Shown piece after piece: positions 20,366-33,971 of a stretch of DNA of 64,000 bases; position 1 is the stretch's first letter, and each line of letters starts with the position of its first letter. The stretch is from assembly GCA_965223005.1 (NCBI GenBank), contig CBDCVK010000002.1:384001-448000 (forward strand), given 5' to 3'. The stretch comes from Terriglobia bacterium. GTDB lineage: Bacteria; Acidobacteriota; Terriglobia; JAJPHL01; JAPKYU01. A model generated the notes under the pieces. That model was not told the DNA's origin. It made no database searches and worked only from the letters and a program-made list of their open reading frames with translations. The position numbers and the translations under genes were made by a program.

Positions 20366-20483
20366 CCTGAGGATTCTATCCCACCCCGCCGGTCAGTCAC
20401 AATCGGCTGCTGGGCAGTGAGGCTGTTTATGGTGCACTAAGGGAAAGGTAGTCAGTACTGCTGTTCGACGGGGCCGGGGGCGG

Positions 20484-20699
20484 TCAGCTCAACCAGCGCG
20501 CCAGCAACAGGACCTTGCCGTTAGGGAGGGAAGCGATATAGAAACTCTCGCCCGCACACTCCAGCACGAACACGTGGGGGTGGCGGGGATCTGGCAATGC
20601 TGGGCAGTTCTGTTCCAGACTCTGCTTCAGCCGTTCGACGACTTCCGGCCCATAATCACGGACATCTTCAACTGCAAACGCAATCCCAGCGGCCATCAT
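20484..20699 (-). CDS. Small hypothetical protein (about 71 aa)
   Basis: GGAGGT RBS before ATG 20699; globular-looking sequence. Confidence 0.7.
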   Translation of the reverse strand: MMAAGIAFAVEDVRDYGPEVVERLKQSLEQNCPALPDPRHPHVFVLECAGESFYIASLPNGKVLLLARWLS

Positions 20700-20836
20700 T
20701 TGAGCATTACCTCCCTGAGTCTCTAAACACGCCGGCCGGCGTAAAGTTTCTCCAACCGTCACACATTAGACGCAGTTGCTTCCCATTTGGTCGCGTCTTT
20801 CTAAGGGGTGCTTCCCGCCGTGCTAACATCTTGCCT

Positions 20837-22204
20837 ATGGAAGTGCCACTGGCTCTGCGGCTGTTGGCCGTTGGCTTCTTCGTGGCCGCTAACGCCTTCT
20901 TCGTGGCCGCCGAATTTGTGCTGGTGAGCATCCGGCCCACCCGGCTTCGGCAACTGGAGGCAGAAGGGCGCAGCGGGGCCAAGGTCGCGCTGCGTCTTCA
21001 CGGCCAGATTGACCGCGTCTTGTCGGCCACGCAGTTAGGCATCACCCTGGCCAGCCTGGCCCTGGGCTGGGTGGGCGAGCATGCGGTGGCCGATTTGCTG
21101 ATGCCGCTATTCGCGGCGTTTACGCCGGGGGCACGGCTGGCGATTGCTCACTCCATCGCTCTGGCAGTTGCTTTCTTGATTATTACCGCCATGCACCTGG
21201 TCCTGGGCGAAGTAGTGCCGAAGAACGTGGCCCTGGCCCGGAGCGACCGTCTGGTGCTGCTGATCGCACGGCCCATGGATCTGTTCGTGCGGGCCACCCA
21301 CCCCTTTCTGCGCGTCCTAGACGCGGCTGCCACCGCGATCTCCCGCCTGTTCGGCGCAGCCTCGCCGACGCACCGGCACGTGCATTCCCCGGAGGAGCTG
21401 AAGATGTTGGTGACCGTGGGGCGGGAGGGTGGACTGCTGCCCGAGCCGCTGGAGGCGATGGCGCACAACATCTTTGATCTGGGGGAAATTCTGGTCCGCG
21501 AGGTCATGGTGCCGCGCCCGGATGTGGTGAGCGTCTCGGTAGCCACCCCGTTGGAGGAGATGGTCAGGCGACTGGTCGAGCGCCCATACTCTCGCGTGCC
21601 GGTGTATGAAGGCTCTCCCGAGAATTTCATTGGCGTCCTCTACCGGAAAGATTTGTTTCGGGTGTTGGCCGAAGGGCAGGCTGCTCAGCAGCAGGGACGC
21701 CCGTCGCGCGAGTTCCAGCTCCGCAGCCTAGTCCGCGACGCGCTGATTGTTCCCGAAACCAAGCCACTGAGTGAGTTGTTGGAGGAATTCAAGCGGCGCC
21801 GACGGCACCTGGCCTTGGTGGTAGATGAATTTGGCAGCATCGCCGGACTGGTAACTGTTCGGGACGTGCTCGAACGCGTCGTGGGTGAGCTGCCGGACGA
21901 GCACGCGGCGAAAGAAATGCCGGTCGAGCCCGGGCTGCTCGGCTTGGTCCTGGAGGGGTCCACCAGGATTCACGAGTTGGATGAGCGGTGGGAAATTCGC
22001 GTGCCGCGCGACCGCGGGTTTGAGACGCTGGCTGGCTTTCTGCTGAGCAGCATGGGTCACATTCCGAAGGTAGGCGAATCCTGCCTCTTCGATGGCTGGC
22101 GATTCACCGTGGAAGCGATGGAGCACCACCGCATTGCCTCGGTCCGGCTGGAGCGCATGGAGACCCAGGCGGAGCCAGGCGCCCAACCCGCCCAACTTTC
22201 TTGA
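20837..22204 (+). CDS. Hemolysin/CorB family protein (CNNM-CBS-CorC)
   Basis: NAFFVAAEF, QLGIT, GEVVPK, VMVPR, YSRVPVY, VVDEFG, FETLAG. Confidence 0.93.
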   Translation: MEVPLALRLLAVGFFVAANAFFVAAEFVLVSIRPTRLRQLEAEGRSGAKVALRLHGQIDRVLSATQLGITLASLALGWVGEHAVADLLMPLFAAFTPGARLAIAHSIALAVAFLIITAMHLVLGEVVPKNVALARSDRLVLLIARPMDLFVRATHPFLRVLDAAATAISRLFGAASPTHRHVHSPEELKMLVTVGREGGLLPEPLEAMAHNIFDLGEILVREVMVPRPDVVSVSVATPLEEMVRRLVERPYSRVPVYEGSPENFIGVLYRKDLFRVLAEGQAAQQQGRPSREFQLRSLVRDALIVPETKPLSELLEEFKRRRRHLALVVDEFGSIAGLVTVRDVLERVVGELPDEHAAKEMPVEPGLLGLVLEGSTRIHELDERWEIRVPRDRGFETLAGFLLSSMGHIPKVGESCLFDGWRFTVEAMEHHRIASVRLERMETQAEPGAQPAQLS

Positions 22205-22245
22205 ACCTCTTTCCTAGCGGCGCAATGCCGGCGGCCAGTGCGGGG

Positions 22246-24024
22246 TCACTGCAGAAAGTTCCGGACGATGGTCTGGATGTCGGAAGTCAGGGTGAGGTCC
22301 TGCTGAACGGTGGCCGACTTGTCCACAGTCACGCGGACGGCGTGCTCCTCAAGCTGGGCGAACAGCTCGGGATCCTGGACGCGGGCAACATCGGATTCAG
22401 GCCACACCAGCAGCAGGTATTCGCCGGGAATGATGGCGCCTAGCTTGTACTGACCATGCTGGTCGGCCGCCCCGCTGCGGAAGTAGCGGTCGGAGCCGCG
22501 CTTCTCCTGGTCGGTACTGAGTAGCGCGACGTGGACGCCGGAAATCGGCTGCTCATCTTCGTCCAGCAACAGGCCAGTGACCGTGCCGCCGGTGAAGTCC
22601 AGCACCCCCTCCAGGTCGGAGACCGGTGCGTTTTCGGCAATAGTGAGTCCCTGTTCAACCACATTCTCTCCGTCGGCGCGCACTTCGCTTACATAAAACG
22701 ACGTATTTTGAGGCATGCTCCCGGGCGTACTGCCGGGATTGGCCTGAGGGGAGAGCAAATTGACTAGGTACTGACCTGGCTGCACGTTGGCGATCTCGAA
22801 GGTCAAGTCCTCGTTAGCCAGGCTGTGACCGCCGGGAAACGGGAAGTTGCCGGCCTTCGACATGAGCATCACGCGCAGCCCATCTGTAGAAACCTCTCCT
22901 CCCTCGGCCACGATCTTGCCGCGTACGGTAACCCCCGGCACCACGGTCACAACCATGTTCTCGATATCGGCTTCGCGCAGGTCAAAGCGTTTCATCACTG
23001 CCGACCTGAAACCGAAGCCGCTACTTCCGGGTCGTTGCACGAAGACCATCAACTGGTAGCGGCCCGGGACCAGCCCTTCCAGGCGAAAGCTCCCGTCGCT
23101 ACGGATCCGGTCGCCGCCGAAGAAAAACATCGAGGACTCCTCCGACCTCGCGCTGACGCCGCCGCTGGTGACTGGCCGGCCAGTCACCAGATCCAGCACT
23201 TTGCCGCTCACGCTGAAGGTGGGTACCTTCTGCATCCGGATGTCCATACGGGGCGCTTCACCTCCCTCACCGACCGGGATGCGTTGCGCGTCCTCCGCCC
23301 TGAGGACGTTCGGGTAGAACACCGTAGCAAAACTGCTCTCTTGATTTCGGAAGCGGCGCCAGACTGCTCGAACGAAGTAACGGCCCGGTGGTAGATCGAA
23401 GATGCGATACTCGCCTCGATCGTCAGTGGAACGCGATCCGCGCGGCATCAGCCGAACCTGGCCTCGCAGGTATTGCCTCGCCAGCGCCTGCACCCGCACC
23501 CTGGAAAGTGGTTCGCCCTCCTCGTCTAAGACCCTCCCGCTGATGACTCCACCCCGGATAAGTTGAAAATCCAAGTCCTTGAGTTCCTGGCCCGGGCGAA
23601 CGGTGAGACGCACGGGCGGCTGGTTGGGTCCCTTCTGCCCGTAGGAGGCACGGACGTAGCCGTTTCGGGTGCATTGCAGAGTGTAGGTGCCGTGCTCCAC
23701 GTTTCGGAATTCGTAGGCGCCCTGCTCGTCGGTGGTCGCCTCTACGCGATCAGCCGGTCGACTAGCGGGGACCAGTCTCAGCCGGGCTCGCTTCAGCGGC
23801 GCTCCGATCGCCCGTGCATAGACGTGGCCGCGCAGGGTGGCCTTGGGAACTTCCTGCTGCTCGGTCGCGGGATGTTGGGCGCTTTCCGTATCGGGAGCAC
23901 CGGGTGAGGCGGGCGGGCGCTGTGCTTGCCCTGGGGACGTGGCCGGGGTTTGGTTTTGGGCGGCGGCTGCCGGAATGGCAGCGGAACCGGACAGGAGTAT
24001 CAGAAGCAGACCCAGCACTTTCAT
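22246..24024 (-). CDS. Secreted protein with repeated carboxypeptidase regulatory-like beta-sandwich domains
   Basis: Signal peptide; repeated G.V.D..G.P...TD..G.Y....L.PG.Y units. Confidence 0.85.
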   Translation of the reverse strand: MKVLGLLLILLSGSAAIPAAAAQNQTPATSPGQAQRPPASPGAPDTESAQHPATEQQEVPKATLRGHVYARAIGAPLKRARLRLVPASRPADRVEATTDEQGAYEFRNVEHGTYTLQCTRNGYVRASYGQKGPNQPPVRLTVRPGQELKDLDFQLIRGGVISGRVLDEEGEPLSRVRVQALARQYLRGQVRLMPRGSRSTDDRGEYRIFDLPPGRYFVRAVWRRFRNQESSFATVFYPNVLRAEDAQRIPVGEGGEAPRMDIRMQKVPTFSVSGKVLDLVTGRPVTSGGVSARSEESSMFFFGGDRIRSDGSFRLEGLVPGRYQLMVFVQRPGSSGFGFRSAVMKRFDLREADIENMVVTVVPGVTVRGKIVAEGGEVSTDGLRVMLMSKAGNFPFPGGHSLANEDLTFEIANVQPGQYLVNLLSPQANPGSTPGSMPQNTSFYVSEVRADGENVVEQGLTIAENAPVSDLEGVLDFTGGTVTGLLLDEDEQPISGVHVALLSTDQEKRGSDRYFRSGAADQHGQYKLGAIIPGEYLLLVWPESDVARVQDPELFAQLEEHAVRVTVDKSATVQQDLTLTSDIQTIVRNFLQ

Positions 24025-24191
24025 CGCAAAATTCTCCTGAAGGTAGGCGCTTGATGATATGCGGGAACGGAATACGAGAGGAGACTGAGCGTGGCGATGG
24101 TCACCGCTGGAAATGAGCCGCCCCCTGGCATGTGAACAACGCTAAGGTCTCCCAGGTCAGGACCCGAAAAAGCCGTCCGTTCAGAAGAAAC

Positions 24192-25049
24192 CTACAGTTC
24201 GAACTTGATGCTGCGCTCTTCGTTCAGCTTCTTGGTAAATTCCACATCCAGCAGGTCGAGGCTGACGCAATTCTGCGAGCCGTAGCTGGTCACGTAGCAG
24301 ATGCTGTCGTCTTCTTTCCAGTACTCGCTGACCGCGTAGATGAAGTGGTTTTCGAACACCAGCAGGGTAAGTGGCTTGGTCGGCCGCTCTTGGGCTAAAG
24401 GCGGGCGAGTTTCATAAATCAGCCCTCGCTGCTCCGCTTCGCGTTCGGTGAGAATCTTACCGGGCATGTGGCGGGGTGGTTCCTGTGCCTGGAACTGCCC
24501 CTGGTTGGGCGGCTGCTGAACGATGATGACCTGCGGCTGCTGGGGGTAGTACCCATATCCACTCACTACAACCGGCACACCCACGACCGCGACGCCGCCA
24601 GCACCATACGATCCACCGTAGTTGTAGTAACTCCGGTAGCGGCTGGGGTAACGAGAGCGATAGCGCTTTCCGTGCCTAGGCAGCCTCCCAAAATCTGTGA
24701 CCCCGGGGCGAATGGGGCCGATCAAGTGTTGGTTCCTCGTGGGCAGCGGCTGGATGCCCGGCGTAAGTGGGACACCGATGCCGGGAGTGTTCGGGGCAAA
24801 GCCCAATCCGGGGTGGTTGATGTTCCCGTAGCCAGTCGGGGGTGCGACGAGCGACCCGGGCCTAAAGTGCCCATGTCCGTATCTGTGTGCCGACCGGTGA
24901 CGGCTCCCAATGGTCATGGCAGGACCGCTCAGCCGGCCACCTGGGGAAGACACTCTGGTCCCGGTTCGACCGGAACCTCGGCGTTGCGCTAACGATAGGG
25001 TGGGAACCAAACTCAACGCCAGCAAGACCACCGCGATTCGTGTCATCAT
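24192..25049 (-). CDS. Secreted Gly/Pro/Tyr-rich hypothetical protein with small C-terminal globular domain
   Basis: AGGAGG RBS, signal peptide ending SLA, low-complexity middle. Confidence 0.75.
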   Translation of the reverse strand: MMTRIAVVLLALSLVPTLSLAQRRGSGRTGTRVSSPGGRLSGPAMTIGSRHRSAHRYGHGHFRPGSLVAPPTGYGNINHPGLGFAPNTPGIGVPLTPGIQPLPTRNQHLIGPIRPGVTDFGRLPRHGKRYRSRYPSRYRSYYNYGGSYGAGGVAVVGVPVVVSGYGYYPQQPQVIIVQQPPNQGQFQAQEPPRHMPGKILTEREAEQRGLIYETRPPLAQERPTKPLTLLVFENHFIYAVSEYWKEDDSICYVTSYGSQNCVSLDLLDVEFTKKLNEERSIKFEL

Positions 25050-25244
25050 GGGTGCCTCCTTCCGGCCAACGACTGCCGCCCCACTTCCTAACATTATACC
25101 GCAATGAATAGAATCAATGACTTATCTAAACTTTATCGCAGCTGCCACTCACGCTCCGCGGACACTTAGACGCACTGCCACTCGCGCCGGTTACATAGTG
25201 GTTGCACAGTCTCAGCGAGGCTGAGCCTGCGCACCAGGTGGGTC

Positions 25245-28378
<3,134 letters not shown>

Positions 28379-28394
28379 CTGTTGCCGCTAAAAG

Positions 28395-28422
28395 GAGATT
28401 CCTCGCTTCGCTCGGAATGACA
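28395..28422. repeat. REP-like palindromic element
   Basis: GAGATTCCTCGCTTCGCTCGGAATGACA, imperfect hairpin ATTCC...GGAAT just after the ligA stop. Confidence 0.55.
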
Positions 28423-28468
28423 AGGGAGCCACTTCTTAGAGTCCTGCTAGGGGGTATAATAAGAGTTT

Positions 28469-28862
28469 GGGCAAGCCGGCCGGGTGATCGCTGCCCGCCT
28501 TCGGGCGAGCAGAGGAAAGTCCGGACTCCGGAGGGCAGCGTGCTGGCTAACGGCCAGGGGGTTCCGCTCAAAGCGGGATTCACGGCAAGTGCCACAGAAA
28601 ACATACCGCCCGCCGTTCCCCGGCGGGTAAGGGTGAAAAGGTGCGGTAAGAGCGCACCGCGTTCCGGGTGACCGGGACGGCAGGGTAAACCCCACGCGGA
28701 GCAAGACCAAATAGGAGAGGAGGGCCGGCCCGGCCCGCCAACCTCGGCTTTCGGGCCGAGGACTCTCGGGTAGGTCGCTTGACCCCGCCAGCAATGGCGG
28801 GGCTAGAGGAATGATCACCGCCCGCAAGGGACACAGAATCCGGCTTACAGGCCGGCTTGCCT
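28469..28862 (+). ncRNA. rnpB: RNase P RNA, class A
   Basis: GAGGAAAGTCCGGACTC, AGTGCCACAGAAAA, GGTAAACCCC, GAGCAAG, ACAGAATCCGGCTTA; P1 GGCAAGCCGGC/GCCGGCTTGCC; TATAAT at 28455. Confidence 0.98.
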
Positions 28863-29027
28863 AACTTGCCATCTTTCCCTCACACGTATCTTCACACTTA
28901 CCTTTTTCTAAGAACTCCTCTTAGTGATCCCCCGAGCTGATTTTCCGTCTGGGCTCCGGCGGTCATGCGCAGATTTGTCATTCTGGGCCGCCGTTTCTGC
29001 GACTCCGGGTGCTACCATTGGCTCGTC

Positions 29028-29240
29028 ATGACCAACTGCATCCTGAACTGTGAGACCTGCGGCGCTCGCAAGCCTTTCCTGCTGGGCGAGCAGGAGCTGA
29101 CCGACGCCCAGAACAAGAGGCCCATCTCTAGATACTGCCCCAGTTGCCGAGCTGCCACTCACTGGGCCCTCACCTTTCTAGAAAGGCGCGGTGGTATGGA
29201 CCGCCGCCATGGTTCCGAGCGAAGAACCCCCGCGCTCTGA
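29028..29240 (+). CDS. Small zinc-ribbon protein with Arg-rich ERR/DRR tail
   Basis: CETC...CPSC; TGCTACCAT extended -10 just upstream of ATG. Confidence 0.65.
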   Translation: MTNCILNCETCGARKPFLLGEQELTDAQNKRPISRYCPSCRAATHWALTFLERRGGMDRRHGSERRTPAL

Positions 29241-29346
29241 GCGCATCCGCAAGCCCTCGCTTGCATGAATTAGCTGGTAGAAATCCTATCGCGAAACCGT
29301 CGGCTGGCACCGGCAAGACCTGACAAGCCAAGTTTGGATCGCAAAC

Positions 29347-30651
29347 GTGACCGACTCAGCCCCGCCTGCCTCTCGCGTGTTCCGGCCAGCCCGCAACATT
29401 ATGGGAACGGTGCGGCTGCCTGGTGACAAGTCCATCTCGCACCGCTACGCGCTGCTGGCTGCGGTTGCCGACGGACGCACAACCATCCGCAATTTTTCCA
29501 GCGCCGTCGATTGCGCCTCCACGATCGGGTGCCTACGAGAGCTGGGGGTGGAGATCGCCGGTGAGAGCGGTGCCATCCTCATCGATGGCGCCGGCCTCAC
29601 CGGCCTGCGTGCGCCGCAACGGATGATGGATGCCGGCAACTCCGGCTCGACCATCCGCATGCTGAGCGGCATCCTGGCGGGACAGCCCTTCTCCTCCACC
29701 ATTAGCGGCGACGAGTCGCTGCGTCGCCGCCCGATGGGCCGCGTGATTGACCCGCTGCGCCAGATGGGTGCAGACGTTACGGCCGCCGAGGATAACTACG
29801 CGCCGCTCGAATTCCGCGGTCGCCCGCTGCGCGCCATGCATTTCCACCCGCCGGTGGCCAGCGCGCAGGTGAAGACTGCCGTTCTGCTGGCCGGCCTGTC
29901 GGCTGAGGGAACCACCGTGGTGGAAGAGCCGGTGAAGACGCGCGACCACACCGAGCTGGCCTTGGTCGAGTTCGGCGCCCAGCTCACCCGCAGTCGCAGG
30001 TCAGTGCGCGTCGAGGGCGGGCATCACCTCCGCGGAGGAGAATTCCAGGTACCGGGTGACATCTCCTCGGCTGCTTTCTTCCTGGTGGCCGCGCTGCTGT
30101 TCCCGGATTCAAACCTGCTGGTGGAAAATGTCGGCCTGAACCCTACCCGAGCCGCTGCGCTGGACTTCTTCTCGGGCCTGGGTGCCGCGATCCGGATCAG
30201 CCGCGTAGAAAGCCTTGCGGGAGAGGTCGTGGGGGACCTGCACGTTTCCGGTGGGCGTTTGAAGGGAGGGCGAATCGGCCCGGACCTGGTGCCCGCCTTG
30301 ATTGACGAGCTGCCCGTACTGGCAGTGCTGGGTACCCAGACGGAGCAGGGGCTCTCGATCTCCGGCGCCCAGGAGTTGCGGGTGAAGGAGAGCGACCGCA
30401 TCGCCACGGTGGCCGAGAATCTGCGCCGCATGGGGGCGCACGTTGAGGAGCGGCCCGACGGGCTGGAGATTCCGGGAGGCCAGCGGCTACACGGCGCGCG
30501 CCTTGACTCGTTTGGCGACCATCGGATCGCCATGGCGTTTGCCGTGGCAGCGCTGGTGGCTGAGGGCGAAACGTCGCTCGAAGGTGCTGACACTGCCCAA
30601 GTTTCCTTCCCAGGGTTTTACGACGTACTGGACCGCGTCGCCGAGCGGTGA
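29347..30651 (+). CDS. aroA: 3-phosphoshikimate 1-carboxyvinyltransferase (class II EPSPS)
   Basis: PGDKSISHR, DAGNSGST, SAQVK, RDHTE, KESDR, DHRIAM. Confidence 0.97.
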   Translation: MTDSAPPASRVFRPARNIMGTVRLPGDKSISHRYALLAAVADGRTTIRNFSSAVDCASTIGCLRELGVEIAGESGAILIDGAGLTGLRAPQRMMDAGNSGSTIRMLSGILAGQPFSSTISGDESLRRRPMGRVIDPLRQMGADVTAAEDNYAPLEFRGRPLRAMHFHPPVASAQVKTAVLLAGLSAEGTTVVEEPVKTRDHTELALVEFGAQLTRSRRSVRVEGGHHLRGGEFQVPGDISSAAFFLVAALLFPDSNLLVENVGLNPTRAAALDFFSGLGAAIRISRVESLAGEVVGDLHVSGGRLKGGRIGPDLVPALIDELPVLAVLGTQTEQGLSISGAQELRVKESDRIATVAENLRRMGAHVEERPDGLEIPGGQRLHGARLDSFGDHRIAMAFAVAALVAEGETSLEGADTAQVSFPGFYDVLDRVAER

Positions 30652-30819
30652 GGTCGCCTGGAGAGCTGCTCCGTATGACTTCATTTCGGGATGCCACTGC
30701 GCAGGTCACGTTCGACATGCTGTTCAACTGGCAGGCCCTCGGGGTGACGGGGAAGGGAATTCGGGAGAGGCCGACGTTGACTCTGCTTGGCGATTGAGTC
30801 ACCATGAGTAGAAGGGCCG

Positions 30820-31869
30820 ATGGGGAAGAAGTTCAGGTACTTGCTGTCCAGCCTATTGTTTGTAGGACTGGTGGCGTACATCGTCTACAGGGTACACACC
30901 AACCCGGAGTGGCAAAGTTTCGACCTGGCGCAATTTCAGGCTACTCTCGGCCAGCTGGATTACCGGATTCTGCTTGTCGCCCTAACCTTGGTGTACTCCA
31001 CCTACCTGCTGCGCTCCTTGCGTTGGCGGGAATTCCTGCTGCCGATCAAGCCTACTTCGGTGTCCAACCTGCTGACGGCCACCATCATCGGCTTTGGCGG
31101 GTTGGCCCTGCTGGGTCGGCCAGGCGAGCTGGTTCGTCCTTATCTGATCTCGCGCAAAGAGGACATTCCGGTGAGCACGCAAATGGCGGTCTGGGTCCTG
31201 GAGCGCGTCTACGACCTGTCCATGGTCATCGTGATTGTGGGCGGGGTTAGCTATTTTTCTGTGTGGGGCGAAGAGTTCAGCCAGGGCCACACCCAGGCCC
31301 TGCCGCACATCCGCACCGCCGGCCTGACCATCCTGAGCCTGACGTTGTGCGGCATTGCGGGCCTGCTGCTGTTCCGGCTTTACTGGCAAAGCTGGGTGCC
31401 GCGGCTGCTGGCGTTGATCGGCTTCCTGCCGCCGCGCCTGCTGGGGAAGCTGCGGGAGATGTTGGAACAGTTCGGACAGGGGCTCTCCAGCCTGCGCAGC
31501 AGCCGCGCCTTTCTCATGGGACTGCTCTACACCACGCTGGTGTGGGTTTCCATTTCGGTGGGCTACTTCATTACGCTGAGGGCGTTCGGGCCTCCGCTCT
31601 CCGATCTCAGTTTTTCTGCTGCGGTGCTGGTGATGGGCTTCGCCATCGCTGGCTCGATGCTGCAGGTTCCCGGAATCGGCGGTGGCACTCAGGTGTTTAC
31701 CATCCTCGCTCTGACCGAATTGTTCCGGGTCCGCCCTGAGGTGGCCACCAGCGCCGCTCTCGTCCTCTGGTTGTTGACCTTCGTCGCCGTGGTTCCGCCG
31801 GCCTTGATCTTCTCGATTCGCGAAGGACTGAGCTGGCGCAAGCTGCGCCTGCTGGCGGCCGCCGAGTAG
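30820..31869 (+). CDS. Lysylphosphatidylglycerol synthase TM / flippase-like membrane protein (UPF0104)
   Basis: LRSLRW, GRPGELVR, ERVYD, PGIGG; multiple TM segments. Confidence 0.88.
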   Translation: MGKKFRYLLSSLLFVGLVAYIVYRVHTNPEWQSFDLAQFQATLGQLDYRILLVALTLVYSTYLLRSLRWREFLLPIKPTSVSNLLTATIIGFGGLALLGRPGELVRPYLISRKEDIPVSTQMAVWVLERVYDLSMVIVIVGGVSYFSVWGEEFSQGHTQALPHIRTAGLTILSLTLCGIAGLLLFRLYWQSWVPRLLALIGFLPPRLLGKLREMLEQFGQGLSSLRSSRAFLMGLLYTTLVWVSISVGYFITLRAFGPPLSDLSFSAAVLVMGFAIAGSMLQVPGIGGGTQVFTILALTELFRVRPEVATSAALVLWLLTFVAVVPPALIFSIREGLSWRKLRLLAAAE

Positions 31870-32056
31870 CGGATTCCCGCGCCAGTGATCCGGGCTGCCG
31901 GAGGATTTGTTTCCCCCTTCGCCTTTCCCTGACGACTCGGCCGCAGCCCCTGTTATACTGCTGCGCGGCCGAAGCGGGGTGCAGTGTGCGAAACGGTTGC
32001 TGCACTTTCCGCGTCGCAACTCTGGCCGCGCCGCAAGTCCGGCACTCCGCGCTGCT

Positions 32057-32512
32057 ATGAAATGTCCGTTTTGCGGGTACCTGGAAGACAAGGTCGTGGA
32101 TTCGCGCGAAAGCAAGGAGGGCGAAGCCATCCGCCGCCGCCGGGAGTGTCTCCAGTGCCAGCGCCGCTTCACCACCTACGAGCGTATTGACGAAATCCCC
32201 TACATGGTGGTGAAGAAGGACGGGCGCCGGGAGAAGTTCGACCGGCAGAAGGTGCTGGCCGCCCTGCTGCGAGCCTCGGAGAAGCGCCCGGTCAGCATGG
32301 GCAAGCTGGAGAACATCGTCAACGAGGCGGAAGCGCTGGTCATCGAATCGCCCGACCGGGAGCGCTCCACCTCAGAAATCGGCGAGTTGCTGATGGATCG
32401 CCTGAAGAAGCTCGACAAGGTGGCTTACGTGCGCTTCGCTTCCGTCTACCTGGACTTCAAGGACATTCGCGAATTTATGACCGAACTGAAGGATCTCCTG
32501 AAGACCAAGTAA
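32057..32512 (+). CDS. nrdR: Transcriptional repressor NrdR
   Basis: MKCPFC, DSR, RRRREC..C..RFTTYE, ATP cone, AYVRFASVY. Confidence 0.98.
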   Translation: MKCPFCGYLEDKVVDSRESKEGEAIRRRRECLQCQRRFTTYERIDEIPYMVVKKDGRREKFDRQKVLAALLRASEKRPVSMGKLENIVNEAEALVIESPDRERSTSEIGELLMDRLKKLDKVAYVRFASVYLDFKDIREFMTELKDLLKTK

Positions 32513-32550
32513 GAGCCAGTCTGTTTCCCGCGTTAGCTACAAATGGAAGC

Positions 32551-32590
32551 GGGCCGCGAGAGGACGCGCCGTGACGCATTCTCTCGGGCC
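32551..32590. terminator. Hairpin between convergent nrdR and peptidase genes
   Basis: CGAGAGGA..GCG / CGC..TTCTCTCG stem; no clear U-tract. Confidence 0.45.
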
Positions 32591-33971
32591 TGGCAAGGAA
32601 TACCTACTACTCACCCTTACAGGTCTTATTGCCTGACTTGCCCTTGCACTTATTCGAGCAGCACTGGTTGTCGAACTCACAGTCCGCGCCGGCTGGCAGG
32701 AGAGTGCAGGCGCCGCCGGGTTCGTTCACCGTGACTGTAGTGTTTTTCGTGTCATTACCCGCATTATCGTCGCCGAAATTGTGGCTGGCCTCCAGAGTGT
32801 GATTACCTGGAGTGGTGCTGAGCGTGGTAGCCCAGCTAAAGTTAAGTACGGTGGAAGCGCCGGCGTTCAGCGCGCCAGTCGGTTTGGTGTCGATGATTGT
32901 CCCCTCGTCCTTGAGAGTCACATCCACACTGCCCACATCCTGGTTTCCGACGTTCTCCACGGTTACATCGACGGAGACCGGATCCCCCTGGACCACCGTG
33001 CTGGGTGTAGCGGTCACCGAAGTGATGACGATGTCAGTGACAGGCCCCGTCGGACCCACGCCGACCGCGACCCAGGCATCGGTGGTGGAGTCCAACTGCT
33101 GGGAGGCCGCGCCAAACATCGAACTGGCTACTGCTTCGGTGGCAGCACGGGCATCTGCCATCGTAGCGTTCGAGGACAATCCAATGAATGCCGGGAAGAA
33201 GATCTTCTCGGCGTCCGGCAAATCAATGCCCGCAACCGCGATCTCAGAGCCAGTGCAATGAGCCGAGTTGTGGGTCCCGGGAATAGCACAACTGGCATTG
33301 AGTCCGCCGTTCACCAGCAAGTAGTAGGCGTGGTTGGGGATGCCGCTGTTGGTGTGTACACCCCCGTTGTCGCCGCCGCCAACCTGGCGCTCGCTATAGT
33401 GGTCAGGATCCCCGTCTTCCTCCGGGTCAGCCATGTTGCGGTCGCCAGCAGCGCTGTCCGCGGGAAGGTAGATGTCCTCCCCGACCAACCAGTCCGCGGA
33501 TACGGTGGGATCCAGCCCGTTATCCTGGGCGTAGAACTCGGCGCTGTTGCCGAGGATATCGGAGAACGACTCGTTTAGAGCGCCCGACTCATTCAGGTAG
33601 ATCAGGCCGGAGGAACAGTCGGTTACTCCGTGCGTGGCCTCGTGGGCCACCACGTCGAGTCCACCGCTTAGCTGCCGGAATAGCGTGCCATCCCCGTCAC
33701 CGTAGAGGAGGAAGGCTCCGGTCCAATGCGCGTTGTTGTAATTCCTCAGGTAATGGGCAACCGACTCCATCGCCGGGTAACCGCAGTCTGCAATCCAATC
33801 CAACCCAAGGCCAAGTAAGTAATCGTCGGTCACCTTGGCGTAGTACTGGGCGTCGATCAAGGCCGGCTGGCCGGGTGACCGCCGGTTGTTCTTTACGAGG
33901 TTCCAGTGGTTGTCCGCGTCGGTGACGTAGTAGATATTGGGGTCCCTATTGCGGTAGTCGTAGGTTTTCTG

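Noticed and set aside
20366-20483. SAM riboswitch upstream of yitJ
   Set aside because: No SAM-I core (ATC.AGAG...GGC.ACC...GGTGC) recognisable, and a -10 box sits almost at the start codon
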